Notes under the pieces: generated by a model
What the model saw: only the letters and a program-made list of their open reading frames with translations
Told to the model about the DNA's origin: nothing
Databases searched by the model: none
Position numbers and translations under genes: made by a program
In this document: positions 10,301 through 20,649 of the stretch, in pieces
Layout of the letters: the number at the start of each line of letters is the position of its first letter
Position numbering within the stretch: position 1 is the stretch's first letter
Origin: Patescibacteria group bacterium
GTDB taxonomy: Bacteria > Patescibacteriota > Microgenomatia > UBA10105 > UBA927
Length of the DNA: 64,000 nucleotides
NCBI GenBank assembly: GCA_023379025.1
Contig: JAMCTH010000009.1
Location: forward strand, 5,092-69,091
Reading direction: 5' to 3'

Positions 10301-11011
10301 TTAACCAGATGAGCCGGCGCTCTCGATGATCTCGTAAAATTTTCCGGGGTCAAGACTCGCCCCTCCGACACCGACGCCGGAAATATGCGGCATAGCGAAA
10401 AATCCTGATGCATTCTCCGGTTTCACGCTTCCGCCGTACAGTACCGGCAGCTTACCGAGTATCGCCTGAATTTCGGAAGCCTTCGCATCGGCGTTTTCCG
10501 GCGTATCAGGCTGACCGCTTCCTATTGCCGCAAGCGGCTCATAGAGAATGGTGCCGTACGTTTCATAATCCGGATACGCGTCGTGCAAAGCGCGCACCTC
10601 ATCAAGTTCTGAGACGCAAACGACCGGCGCGATCTCACGGGCACGGGCCATCTCCACCTTTGCTCTGACGGATGCATCCGTTTCCCCCAAGAGTCTTCTT
10701 CGTTCGGAATGTCCGATCATGGCGTAGGAGACGAGTCCGCTGAGCATATCTGCCGATATTTCTCCGGTATAAGGGCCCGCAGGATATGCCGATATGGTCT
10801 GGGCACCCAAAGCTACGCGTAACGGGAGACTGCCGAGATGTCCGCTAAAGTATGGCAGATGGATAAATGCCGGGCAAAGGATCGTCGTTACATCCGGCTG
10901 CTGTTGCCTTTCCGATTGCCGGACGAGGGACGCAAACGTTTCCATCCAGACTGTGGCATCCTGAAGGGTTTTTTCGGATTTCCAGTTGCCCAAAACGATA
11001 AGCTTTTTCAT
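10301..11011 (-). CDS. tpiA: Triosephosphate isomerase
   Basis: GNWK, GPYTGE, IGHSERR, YEP..AIG, LYGGSVKPEN and VGGASL motifs. Confidence 0.95.
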   Translation of the reverse strand: MKKLIVLGNWKSEKTLQDATVWMETFASLVRQSERQQQPDVTTILCPAFIHLPYFSGHLGSLPLRVALGAQTISAYPAGPYTGEISADMLSGLVSYAMIGHSERRRLLGETDASVRAKVEMARAREIAPVVCVSELDEVRALHDAYPDYETYGTILYEPLAAIGSGQPDTPENADAKASEIQAILGKLPVLYGGSVKPENASGFFAMPHISGVGVGGASLDPGKFYEIIESAGSSG

Positions 11012-11038
11012 GGAAGCGGTATGGTACTATTATATTCT

Positions 11039-12907
11039 ATGGCCGCATCCTTCCTCAACGACCTGAACCCCGATCAACTGAAGGCTGTTACCCGAACCGA
11101 AGGGCCGGTCCTGATCTTGGCAGGCGCAGGCAGCGGGAAAACCCGCGTACTCACCTACCGCGTAGCCTACCTCATGGGTGAAAAACATCTATCCGGTTCA
11201 AACATCCTGATGCTCACGTTCACGAACAAAGCCGCCAACGAGATGAAAGAACGTATCAGGTTACTCCTTTCAAACGGTCATCACGTCCGTTCCGACGACG
11301 CCGGACTGCCGTTTGCCGGGACGTTTCATTCTTTTTGTGTCCGTGTGCTCCGGCAGGACGGCCCCGACATAGGAATTCCGGATGACTTCCTCATCTATGA
11401 TGACGCGGATCAGCTGGATCTTATTAAAGAGTGCATGAAAGCACGTGATCTCTCCGTCAAAAGCTACAATCCGGGCGCTATCCTCCACACCATCTCTCAG
11501 GCAAAAAACGAACTCATACCGGCGACGGAGTATCCGCAATATGCACGCGGAAATTTCCAGGAAGCGGTAGCACAGGTATATCTTGCATACCAGAAGATGC
11601 TCCGGGAAAACAAGGCACTCGACTTTGACGACCTCCTCATGGATGTGGCCGTCCTTTTTCAAAAATGCCCGGACGTACTCGGACGCTATCAGGAACGGTA
11701 TCAGTACATCCTGGTTGATGAGTATCAGGACACCAACAGGGCCCAGTACGTCATCACGAAACAACTCGCAGGGCGGCACAGAAATCTCTGTGTCGTGGGT
11801 GATGCATCCCAAAGCATCTACCGCTGGCGCGGCGCGGATTTCAGGAATATCGTCAATTTCAAAGCCGATTTTCCGGATGTTGCCGTTTTTCATCTTGAGC
11901 AAAATTACCGCTCAACACAGGTCATCCTCAACGCGGCCTTCGGCGTGATCTCCAAAAACACCACGCACCCCATCCTCAAACTCTGGACCCAAAAACACGG
12001 CGGGGCAAAAATAGTGCTCTATGAGGCCCGGAATGAACAGGATGAAGCTACCTTCCTGATCCAGACCATCCTTCAGTCCGGACGTCCCTATACCGATGTT
12101 GCCGTCCTCTACCGCACCAACGCCCAGTCCCGGGTCCTCGAAGAGTCCTTTCTCCATGCAGGAGTCCCCTATACGCTGGTCGGCGGCACCCGGTTTTATG
12201 AACGCAAGGAAATAAAAGACGTCCTCTCCTACCTCCGGCTTCTCGCCAATCCGAAAGACAGCGTTTCGTATAAACGCATCGAGAAACTCGGCAAAGGCCG
12301 TCTTGAGAAATTTCTGGCGTTTTCCGAATCAATCACGAACGATCACAAACTTATCGGCCTCACGACACTCGAGCTTCTTGACCGCGTACTGGAGGATACA
12401 TCGTACCTCTCGCTCTATGATGCACATGTAGAAGAAGAAGCCTACCGTCTCGAAAACATCAAGGAACTCCGCTCCGTCGCCACCGAATTTCCGGTCCTTT
12501 CCGAATTTCTGGAAACGGTTGCGCTCGTCGAGCAGGAATACCAGCCGGCTGCAGTAAAAAACAGAGACGCGAACCGTTCCGCGGTCACCCTCATGACCAT
12601 GCACGCAGCCAAGGGACTCGAGTTTCCGGTGGTGTTTATGATCGGTATGGAGGAGGGGCTATTCCCCCATTCGCGTTCCCTTATGGACAGGGAAGAGCTC
12701 GAGGAAGAACGGCGGCTCTGCTATGTCGGCATTACGCGCGCCAAGGAGCGCTTATATCTGACGTACGCCGACCGGAGGCTTTTTTTCGGCACCCGCACGC
12801 AAAACATGATTTCCCGGTTTATTGCAGATATCCCCCAGGAAGCTATGGAGCTGAATGTGTCCCTGAGCGCGGATCGTGGATTCAGAACCGGTGATTTTCT
12901 GCTCTAG
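11039..12907 (+). CDS. pcrA: ATP-dependent DNA helicase PcrA/UvrD
   Basis: AGAGSGKT, TFTNKAA, VDEYQDTN, QNYRS, HAAKGLEF and EERRLCYVGITRA motifs. Confidence 0.9.
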   Translation: MAASFLNDLNPDQLKAVTRTEGPVLILAGAGSGKTRVLTYRVAYLMGEKHLSGSNILMLTFTNKAANEMKERIRLLLSNGHHVRSDDAGLPFAGTFHSFCVRVLRQDGPDIGIPDDFLIYDDADQLDLIKECMKARDLSVKSYNPGAILHTISQAKNELIPATEYPQYARGNFQEAVAQVYLAYQKMLRENKALDFDDLLMDVAVLFQKCPDVLGRYQERYQYILVDEYQDTNRAQYVITKQLAGRHRNLCVVGDASQSIYRWRGADFRNIVNFKADFPDVAVFHLEQNYRSTQVILNAAFGVISKNTTHPILKLWTQKHGGAKIVLYEARNEQDEATFLIQTILQSGRPYTDVAVLYRTNAQSRVLEESFLHAGVPYTLVGGTRFYERKEIKDVLSYLRLLANPKDSVSYKRIEKLGKGRLEKFLAFSESITNDHKLIGLTTLELLDRVLEDTSYLSLYDAHVEEEAYRLENIKELRSVATEFPVLSEFLETVALVEQEYQPAAVKNRDANRSAVTLMTMHAAKGLEFPVVFMIGMEEGLFPHSRSLMDREELEEERRLCYVGITRAKERLYLTYADRRLFFGTRTQNMISRFIADIPQEAMELNVSLSADRGFRTGDFLL

Positions 12908-13113
12908 CGGACGAGAGACAGGAACGCATAAAGTACCGTCCCGCAGACGATACCCACGGACATGACGATTTCCAGCTCTAAAAATACCCGTGCTATGCCC
13001 TTGACGTGACCGAAGGAAAAAATCTGCGGGATTATGCGGGTATCTATAGGGAACCAATGCACCGGCGCGGGCATCTTCGCCCCGCCTCCTAAGCCCTTTT
13101 TGGTCTTCCTCAT
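12904..13113 (-). CDS. Small membrane protein
   Basis: C-terminal hydrophobic helix; TACAAT 9 nt upstream of the ATG; stop overlaps the pcrA stop. Confidence 0.45.
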   Translation of the reverse strand: MRKTKKGLGGGAKMPAPVHWFPIDTRIIPQIFSFGHVKGIARVFLELEIVMSVGIVCGTVLYAFLSLVR

Positions 13114-13158
13114 CGCAGATTCATTGTATCACAGCGCATTCTGCGAGATAATGGTGCT

Positions 13159-14184
13159 ATGCAAAGGACCGCCATGACAATACGTGAGGCCAGTCCTCAG
13201 GATCAAAACATATGGGACGGGCTGGCCGGGCATCCGCTCCAGTCATGGGCCTGGGGGGAGTTCCGTACATCCATGGGCATCGACCTTGTCCGGATGATCG
13301 AGGAACGGAATGGAACGCCGGTATCCTGCCTAGAGGTTACGTTCCACCGCATCCCCCATACCCCATGGACCGTCGGCTATGGCCCCAAAGGCCCGGCGGT
13401 TGACCAGCACATGATTGCTGCATTGATGAAGCTCGGTCGACAAAAAAATTCCGTCTTCATCCAACTGGAGCCAAATATACAAGCTTCATCCCCTCTCCCA
13501 ATCTGCCGATCTCCCAATCTCGTCCCTTCCCATCACCCGCTCTTCACCCGGTATACCTTCATTCTCGACCTCACAAAGTCCGAAGACGAATTGCTTTCCG
13601 CCATGCATCCCAAGACCCGCTACAACATACGGATAGCGGAAAAGCACGGCGTACGGGTTGTCATGGATAACTCCGCGGACGGATTTGCGGCATATCTCCG
13701 GCTTACGGAAGAAACGACAAAACGGCAGGGATTTTATGCGCATACGGCAGAATATCACAAAAAAATGTGGGATACCCTGTCCAAAGCCGGGATCGCAAAA
13801 CTCTTTACCGCGTCTTACAAAGGAACCGTCCTGAGCGCCTGGATCGTGTTTCTCTGGAAAGACACACTCTACTACCCGTACGGCAGCTCATCCCGCGAAC
13901 ACCGTGAGGTTATGGCCCCCAATCTTCTCCTCCGGGAAATCTCCACGTGGGCCAAACAAAGAGGATGTAAGGCATTTGACCTCTGGGGGGCGCTCGGGCC
14001 GGATCCCAACCCGCACGATCCCTGGTACGGATTTCACCGGTTCAAAGCAGGATACCGGCCGGCGTTGGTCGAATATGCGGGATCCTTCGACCTCGTGACC
14101 CGTCCCATGCTCTATCGCGTCTATTCGGTTGCGGACACCGTCCGGTGGATGTATCTCAAATCCAAACGGGCCATGGCGCTGTAA
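13159..14184 (+). CDS. FemABX-family lipid II peptidyltransferase
   Basis: HPLQSWAWGEFR, LDLTKSEDELL...KTRYNIR, YYPYGSS, FDLWG and GFHRFKAG motifs. Confidence 0.88.
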   Translation: MQRTAMTIREASPQDQNIWDGLAGHPLQSWAWGEFRTSMGIDLVRMIEERNGTPVSCLEVTFHRIPHTPWTVGYGPKGPAVDQHMIAALMKLGRQKNSVFIQLEPNIQASSPLPICRSPNLVPSHHPLFTRYTFILDLTKSEDELLSAMHPKTRYNIRIAEKHGVRVVMDNSADGFAAYLRLTEETTKRQGFYAHTAEYHKKMWDTLSKAGIAKLFTASYKGTVLSAWIVFLWKDTLYYPYGSSSREHREVMAPNLLLREISTWAKQRGCKAFDLWGALGPDPNPHDPWYGFHRFKAGYRPALVEYAGSFDLVTRPMLYRVYSVADTVRWMYLKSKRAMAL

Positions 14185-14210
14185 ACCAAATGCAACCACA
14201 GGCATAATCC

Positions 14211-15077
14211 ATGGAAATCCAGCAATCACCGCTCTATATGCAGTATATCGAAACGCTCGGCTGGAGCTGGGACAGGATGGACGGCGCATACATCATATAC
14301 CGGCACTTCCCGCTCATGGGAGGGCTTGCCAAGATGCAGCGCCCGAGGACGCTGCCCCATCCATCGCGGTTCATCCGTTTCCTCAAGCAGCATAAGATTA
14401 CCAGGATAGCCGTTGAGCCTGATCTGTCCGTAGATCAGAAAAAATTTTCCGCGTGGTACTCCCGCGTCGGCCGGGAGATTTCGAGAAACACGGATCCCTT
14501 CATTCCGACGAAAACAATCCGGGTGAGCCTTTCCGGTTCGGAGGAGGACATTTTTCACCGTATGAGTTCCGCAAAACGCCGTGCAGTCCGGCGGGCGCTC
14601 AAAAACGGCATCGTCATACGCGAATCGTCTGACATAGATGATCTGATACGGATAAAAAACAAATCTGCAGGACTTTTGGGATTTATTACAACCCACGGCA
14701 TAAAACATCTGTGGCCCATCATGGCGCCGGATCACACCTCCATAGTCCTTGCCTATGCTCCGGGCGGACTCGGACGGCCATCCCGCGGAAATCTGGTCGG
14801 CGGCATCCTCCTTCTGTTTTTTGACGGCATCGCGTATTACTGGATTGCGGGTGCGACGAAAAAGGGTAAAAAACTGTTTGCGCCGACACTCCTGGTATGG
14901 GAAGCATTCAGGATCTCAAGACGCCGGAAATGCCGTTGGTTTGATTTTGTCGGAGTTGTCGATGAACGTCTGCCGGACAAGTATAGTGCCTGGAAGGGAT
15001 TCACAAAGTTCAAGGAAGGCTTCGGCGGGAAAGAGGTATATTATCCGATTTATTCCCGGGATCATACAAGACGGTAG
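14211..15077 (+). CDS. Second FemABX/GNAT-family peptidyltransferase
   Basis: IQQS start, KRRAVRRA, LLVWEA, FDFVG and GFTKFKEGFGG motifs. Confidence 0.82.
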   Translation: MEIQQSPLYMQYIETLGWSWDRMDGAYIIYRHFPLMGGLAKMQRPRTLPHPSRFIRFLKQHKITRIAVEPDLSVDQKKFSAWYSRVGREISRNTDPFIPTKTIRVSLSGSEEDIFHRMSSAKRRAVRRALKNGIVIRESSDIDDLIRIKNKSAGLLGFITTHGIKHLWPIMAPDHTSIVLAYAPGGLGRPSRGNLVGGILLLFFDGIAYYWIAGATKKGKKLFAPTLLVWEAFRISRRRKCRWFDFVGVVDERLPDKYSAWKGFTKFKEGFGGKEVYYPIYSRDHTRR

Positions 15078-15249
15078 TCAGGACGGCAATAAAACGGAGG
15101 TTCTAACCTACACAGTATCTTCAATGTATACAGAGCTTAACAAAAAAATCGCTGATGAAAAAAACGTACACACGAGGCAGAGATCTGGCGCTCCTATTTC
15201 CATACCTCATTGATTCTTTATCATTGGAAATGTATCATTTATCATTTCA

Positions 15250-18200
15250 TTACTGCCACGCCTCGCAGATGAGCCGGAAGTCGCAGAAGTCACACTGTTT
15301 TCCGGGTGTCGGGTGAAAATCGCTCCGGGCTATTTCTTCTGCCTTTCCGGCAATCTCGCTTTTTGCGCGGGCGAGCTGCTCGTCGGTTCTTGATGCGGAT
15401 AGTTTCTCCTGACCCTCAAAAAAATAAAACGACACGATGACGTCATCCGGCTTTTTTGCCGCCATGCCCGGACCGGTTGCCGCAAGGGCATAGACGGTGA
15501 GCTGGAAATCATCCGCCGCATCACGGCTTTTCGGAGCATGTCCCGTTTTGTAATCGATAATTTCTATCTTTCCGTCCGGCAGCGGATCTACCCGGTCTAT
15601 TTTCCCCCCGAGAGTGAGAGCCGGCGTAATCTTTATCCTGAACGCCTGTTCAAGCGCCAGGGGGACGCGCTTCGGATCATAGCCGTGATCAAAATAACCG
15701 GCCAGTAATTCCCTTCCCCGGGCTTTCATCTTTTCCTCATATGCCTTATTTCCGTACCCCACCGGTGACCACTGGCGGTCAAACAGCGCCAGAAGCGTAT
15801 CTTTCGTCGGGTGTTGATTGTTTTGCACCAGCCGGTAAAATGCCTCGATGACCCTGTGCATGGTACTGCCGAAAGACAGTGCGGCACGGGGGGGAACGGG
15901 AATTTTCAGAATATAGCGGTACCGGTACTGGAGCGGACAGGTTTTGTACGTTTCAAGCTGCGAATACGACAGATAGGTGACGGCAGCCCGTCCGGTCTCC
16001 TGGTCATCCTCTGTCTGTTTGTCCTTTTCCCATCCGCGGAACGCAAGCTGTAATGCCTCCTGATGCTCTTCCGGCACGGGTTCACGCATGGTCTCGCCAA
16101 GGGCTTCCGCGATAAACGGGGAAAGCTTTTTTTCACGTTTCCCTTCCCCGTAATAGCGTGCCGCCGAAAAATACAGCCGGTCGCGGGCACGCGTCATACC
16201 GACATAAAAGAGCCGGCGCTCTTCTTCAATATGGAAATCGCCGGTCGGAAGGATCTCTTTAATGAGAGGGTCCGGCAACGGTATCTGTTCCTTCCGCCCG
16301 ATCGTCGGAAATCTGGCCGAAACAAGGTTTACGAGAAATACAACCGGGAACTCAAGTCCTTTGGATGAATGTACCGTCAGGATCGTTACCGCGTCATTTG
16401 CCACCCAATCCGTGTCCGCGGCAAGGGGAGATTCGCCGAGCTCGCTTGACAGCTCTATCCAGTCGCTTACGGGATAGACGCCCGCATCATCATGTTCCGC
16501 CTCATAGGTCTTGAGCTTATCGAAAAATTTGGCGATGTTCAGCGCCCTGCGTTCGTCTTTGGCGTTTTTGTAGGAAGCAAGAGTTTTCAGGAGCCCCGTG
16601 TCCTCCAGAAAATAGTAGAGTATCTGCCCTGCACTTTCTTTCTTTATGAGAGCCAGATGCCGGTAGATCATCCGAATGAGCCGCAAGATTTTTTCCGTCC
16701 CGTTCTCCGAAAGCTTCGGCACCGGAACGGTTCCGCTTTTCATCGCGTCACCGGCGGCATCCGGGGGCAGGAGTGTCTCGCAGGCCTCAAAAAGAGACTG
16801 TCCGTAGGTTCTGGCATACTGCATGAGCGCGGCCAGATCCCTGGGGTGGATAGCAAACAGATCCATGGAAAGTACCCGGTACATAGCAACACTATCATCA
16901 GGCGACGTAAGGAGTTTAAGATAGCTTATGAGATCCTTTACTTCCGCCTGCCGGAACAGCTGGCCCGGTCCCAAAAACTGATACGGAATCCCGGCGCGCT
17001 CAAGGGCGCGTGAAAATGGTTCTGCATGACTGTTCGCACGGACAAGGATGGCAAAATCTTTCCAGTCATACCCGCCTTCACGTATCTGATTTTCTGATGT
17101 TTGGTGTTTGATATTTGATATTGCTTGAGCCACCCCCTCAGCTTCATTCTCTACGCGGTCTCTGTACAGTACTTCAATAGGCGAACCGTTTATCCTCCGC
17201 ATGCTTTCGAGTTTTTTATCTATCCGTTCGGCAATCTCCAGGCGGTCCGGGTTATTCTGCTGGATAAGCGCATAGGAACGGTTAAGGATTTCTTGTGTGG
17301 AACGGTAATTTTTGGTAAGGACAACGATCTTCGCCCTGGGAAAGCGCTTCCGGAACTGGATGATGTTGCTTATTGCCGCACCCCGCCAGCGGTAAATTGC
17401 CTGATCGTCATCACCGACCACGGTAAGGTTTTTCTTCTTGCCTGCCAGAAGGACAGCCAGTTCATTCTGGGCAAAATTGGTATCCTGGAATTCATCGATG
17501 AGAATGTAACGGAACTGGTCCTGATACCGCTTTAAAATATTTTTTCTCGTACGAAAAAGTTTCAACGTATTACTTATCAGGTCTGCGTAATCCGCCACTC
17601 CTTCTTTCACTTTTAGTTCTTCGTATGTCCTATATGCCCGCGCAAGTTCGAAATATTTTTCACCTTCTTCGTTTCTCCCCTCTGTCATCGCGAGACCGTT
17701 CTTACGGCGTGGCGATCTCTTATTTATTTGAGATTGCTTCGCTTCGCTCGCAATGACAGACGTAAATATATGGTCTTTCACCCATCCTAAGTATTGCTCT
17801 GGTGTGATATCTTCGTCCTTAAGTCTGCTAAAATGCTGCAGCATTCCTGCAATAAATTTAGTTGGATTGCCGAGCGGGCGGAAATAGGAAAGATCAAAGG
17901 AAAACAGGTGTCTACGGAAAAACTGTATGGTTTCCGCTTCGGTCATGAGACGGTATCCGGGATCGTAGCCGATATTGATCGCCTCTGCCCGAAGTATACG
18001 GTCGCAAAATGCATGGAACGTGGATATCCACATGTCGGGTAGCCCATACGGAAGGAGCATATCGATGCGTTCTTCCATCTCACGGCTCGCTTTTTCTGTA
18101 AAAGTAAGGGCGAGAATCCCGTCCGGTCGGACGGATTTTTTTGTTATGAGGTGGGCGATGCGTTCTGTGACAACGGTTGTTTTTCCGGTCCCGGCTCCCG

Positions 18201-18288
18201 CGATGACAAGAAGCGGCCCTTCACCAAAGCCGATTGCACGTTTTTGTTCAGCATTGAGGGTATACCGGTGCTTATTCTCGGTCTTCAT
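15250..18288 (-). CDS. UvrD-family helicase fused to a C-terminal PD-(D/E)XK nuclease with 4 Cys (AddAB/AdnAB-like)
   Basis: AGAGTGKT, IDEFQDTN, KNYRS, EERRLFYVGMTRA; C-terminal LSYSQ...CP, GKIDRVD, IIDYKTG, QL..Y and CDFCDFRLIC. Confidence 0.88.
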   Translation of the reverse strand: MKTENKHRYTLNAEQKRAIGFGEGPLLVIAGAGTGKTTVVTERIAHLITKKSVRPDGILALTFTEKASREMEERIDMLLPYGLPDMWISTFHAFCDRILRAEAINIGYDPGYRLMTEAETIQFFRRHLFSFDLSYFRPLGNPTKFIAGMLQHFSRLKDEDITPEQYLGWVKDHIFTSVIASEAKQSQINKRSPRRKNGLAMTEGRNEEGEKYFELARAYRTYEELKVKEGVADYADLISNTLKLFRTRKNILKRYQDQFRYILIDEFQDTNFAQNELAVLLAGKKKNLTVVGDDDQAIYRWRGAAISNIIQFRKRFPRAKIVVLTKNYRSTQEILNRSYALIQQNNPDRLEIAERIDKKLESMRRINGSPIEVLYRDRVENEAEGVAQAISNIKHQTSENQIREGGYDWKDFAILVRANSHAEPFSRALERAGIPYQFLGPGQLFRQAEVKDLISYLKLLTSPDDSVAMYRVLSMDLFAIHPRDLAALMQYARTYGQSLFEACETLLPPDAAGDAMKSGTVPVPKLSENGTEKILRLIRMIYRHLALIKKESAGQILYYFLEDTGLLKTLASYKNAKDERRALNIAKFFDKLKTYEAEHDDAGVYPVSDWIELSSELGESPLAADTDWVANDAVTILTVHSSKGLEFPVVFLVNLVSARFPTIGRKEQIPLPDPLIKEILPTGDFHIEEERRLFYVGMTRARDRLYFSAARYYGEGKREKKLSPFIAEALGETMREPVPEEHQEALQLAFRGWEKDKQTEDDQETGRAAVTYLSYSQLETYKTCPLQYRYRYILKIPVPPRAALSFGSTMHRVIEAFYRLVQNNQHPTKDTLLALFDRQWSPVGYGNKAYEEKMKARGRELLAGYFDHGYDPKRVPLALEQAFRIKITPALTLGGKIDRVDPLPDGKIEIIDYKTGHAPKSRDAADDFQLTVYALAATGPGMAAKKPDDVIVSFYFFEGQEKLSASRTDEQLARAKSEIAGKAEEIARSDFHPTPGKQCDFCDFRLICEAWQ
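17681..17760. repeat. 80-bp palindromic element (REP/RPE-like) inside the helicase CDS
   Basis: Ends TCTGTCATCGCGAG / CTCGCAATGACAGA pair at 13 of 14 positions; inner stem GCGATCTC...GAGATTGC. Confidence 0.85.
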
Positions 18289-18330
18289 GGGTTTACTCCG
18301 GCCTTAGTATACCGCGGGTCGCAGCTCTGT

Positions 18331-19542
18331 CTAGGGTGTGATTTTTTTCCGTGAGAGTCCGGCCGGAAGAACCGGAAGATCTTTTTCGGCATCGGTAACT
18401 TTTTTTGCGTGTTCTAAAATGACATTTTTCCACCGTACCGCTTCCGCAACGACCGCGTCCTGGCTGTTGAGCTCTATGGTACCGCTTACCTTTCCTTCGG
18501 GAGTTGACGGGACGATACAGACATAACTGTCATCGAAAAGTCCGAAGTCAGGCTCGGGCACCTCATCCTTTATATCATCATAAAAACAGATATATACATG
18601 GATTCCTGCTGCACTATCCAGTTTCATCTGTTCCCGAAGCATCGGGTTTTTCAGGTCTGTCCGTTTTTTTACTACTATGACACGGGTCAGGTCCGCATGT
18701 TTTGCTGCCCGCCGCGCGTCGTTCATATACTGTGAATTGGGATTCCAGAAGGAACTGATTCCCGTATAAAGCGTCACAAACCCATACCGCTCGAGGTATC
18801 TCCAGCGGAATACCCCTTCATCAAGTGCGTCCTGCGCGTTGAGTTTTACTACATTTCCTTTCACCGCGTGGGTATACCCGACGGCACCCAGTTTCTGCTG
18901 AATCATGAGATACCGCTGGTAGAGCGTAAGGTCGAGACGCGTCACGCACAAATCAAGGATCAGGGAAAACTCATTCAGGTTCACCTCGCTGTTCATGTGA
19001 CCCGCCTTTTTCACGTAAATGAGCGAACTGTCCAGCGCTTTCCCAAAAAGTATTGCGTGGTTTTTATCGACATACGGGTCGTTATCCGAATAAAGGACGT
19101 AAGAAAGAGGGATACGTTTTTTGAGGGTCAGAAAATCAAAATCGGTTTTGTAAAAACCTGCGTTTACGTGATCAAATTGCCAGGGGACCCGTTCTCCCAA
19201 TGAGTCCATGAACGGACTGACAAATATCGCGCTGTCGAGCTCCAGATGAAACCGTTCGATTGCGTGGAGGATAAAAACACATCCGAGCGAATGTCCCACA
19301 AACACCAATTTTTTGTCCTTTTTCAGTGAGGGAACATACGGCTCAAAGGCCTTCAACCACAATGGAAGCAGTTGGTGTATGACCTTTCCCTTCGGACCGG
19401 CCTTCGTTACTGCATCCCATTTCTCTACGGGAAATGCCGGAACGATTACTTCCTGTCCCAAAGACTCCAATTTCCCTTTCAGGTCCGGAAACCAATTGCT
19501 CTCCGGGCTTCCGAACGCCCCATGAATGAGAACAAACGTCAT
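18331..19542 (-). CDS. RBBP9/YdeN-family alpha/beta hydrolase with an extra C-terminal domain
   Basis: LIHG...NWF, GHSLG nucleophile elbow, SDNDPYV and AGHMN; roughly 190 extra residues containing DFGLFDD. Confidence 0.8.
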   Translation of the reverse strand: MTFVLIHGAFGSPESNWFPDLKGKLESLGQEVIVPAFPVEKWDAVTKAGPKGKVIHQLLPLWLKAFEPYVPSLKKDKKLVFVGHSLGCVFILHAIERFHLELDSAIFVSPFMDSLGERVPWQFDHVNAGFYKTDFDFLTLKKRIPLSYVLYSDNDPYVDKNHAILFGKALDSSLIYVKKAGHMNSEVNLNEFSLILDLCVTRLDLTLYQRYLMIQQKLGAVGYTHAVKGNVVKLNAQDALDEGVFRWRYLERYGFVTLYTGISSFWNPNSQYMNDARRAAKHADLTRVIVVKKRTDLKNPMLREQMKLDSAAGIHVYICFYDDIKDEVPEPDFGLFDDSYVCIVPSTPEGKVSGTIELNSQDAVVAEAVRWKNVILEHAKKVTDAEKDLPVLPAGLSRKKITP

Positions 19543-19588
19543 AAGCCTATTATACCGCAGCAGCTATAAGAATGTTGTCCTGGGTTAT

Positions 19589-20602
19589 TTAGTCCGAAGC
19601 GGATTCATGGAGGAACTTTGTTCTGTTAAGTTTTTGGCCTAACAGCGAAAAACCAGATGATACAACATTCATGCTGTTATATGCGTTACCTACATGCCGT
19701 CCAAGAATTCCTAAATTTTCCTCAATTTTATTGTAATCCTTCTGGATTGCCCGGAGAATCTGAAACACCTCACGGGATTTTTCTTCAAGCTCTTTGCCTT
19801 GGAAACTCAGAAGCAGTACCTGAAGGTGCGCGTAAAGCGTATTGGGAGATACGGGATATACCCTGAGCCTCTGCGCATATTCCATTAGATCGCTCATGGT
19901 TGCGATCTCGTAATACACTGATTCAGACGGTATGTACATGAGGGCAAAATCCATGGTGCCCTCTTCCGGGAGGATATATTTTTTGCTTATATCGCTTATA
20001 TGTTTTTTTACATCCGCACTAAACTCCCGTCTTGCAGCAGCGCGCTCCGACTCCGTTTCGCCGCGGTGCATGAGTGTAAAATGTTCCATCGGAAATTTCG
20101 AGTCGATACAGAGAAGTCCGGCATCCGTCTTCAGAACCGCATCGACTTTGACGCCTGACCGGAACGGATACTGGAGATGGAATGCATGCTTGGGAAACGT
20201 CTGCCCGATCATGTCACGGAGTACCTGCTCACCGATATTCCCGCGCAGTTTTGGCGACTGCAGAAATTCCTGAAGGCTCCTGATGCCGCGCCCGACTTCC
20301 GACATCTCACCCAAATTATGTTTGAGATCGCCAATCACGCGTGCCGCAGTATCAAGCCGCTCATTGAGTTGTTTCGTGTTAGCCTGAAGAAGTTTTGCGA
20401 CATCTGATGTCGACCCACGCATTGCCTCATTAAGAGTCTTATTGGTTGATTCGATGGTTACCTGCATACTTTTGAGCCACTCAATCATGGTCGGATCTTC
20501 TCTCTCACGACCAAGCTTCGATAACGCACGTATAACAAGCCACGAGAGGACCGTAAAACCAACAAAAATGATAAAAATAAGTATGAAGAATTCTCCTTGC
20601 AT
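19589..20602 (-). CDS. rmuC: DNA recombination protein RmuC
   Basis: N-terminal TM, PKLRGNIGE, IDSKFP, KKYI.P..GT.DFALMYIPSE and VSPNTL motifs. Confidence 0.92.
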   Translation of the reverse strand: MQGEFFILIFIIFVGFTVLSWLVIRALSKLGREREDPTMIEWLKSMQVTIESTNKTLNEAMRGSTSDVAKLLQANTKQLNERLDTAARVIGDLKHNLGEMSEVGRGIRSLQEFLQSPKLRGNIGEQVLRDMIGQTFPKHAFHLQYPFRSGVKVDAVLKTDAGLLCIDSKFPMEHFTLMHRGETESERAAARREFSADVKKHISDISKKYILPEEGTMDFALMYIPSESVYYEIATMSDLMEYAQRLRVYPVSPNTLYAHLQVLLLSFQGKELEEKSREVFQILRAIQKDYNKIEENLGILGRHVGNAYNSMNVVSSGFSLLGQKLNRTKFLHESASD

Positions 20603-20649
20603 GCACCGCTCATTGTACTACCCGAAACAAACTGCCTACAATAGGACGT

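Noticed and set aside
15078-15215. AT-rich spacer possibly encoding a gene remnant
   Set aside because: No convincing start codon or recognisable motif.
15250-16000. Cas4-like nuclease domain suggesting CRISPR or defence
   Set aside because: It is the C-terminal domain of a UvrD fusion, consistent with AddAB/AdnAB-type repair; no array nearby.
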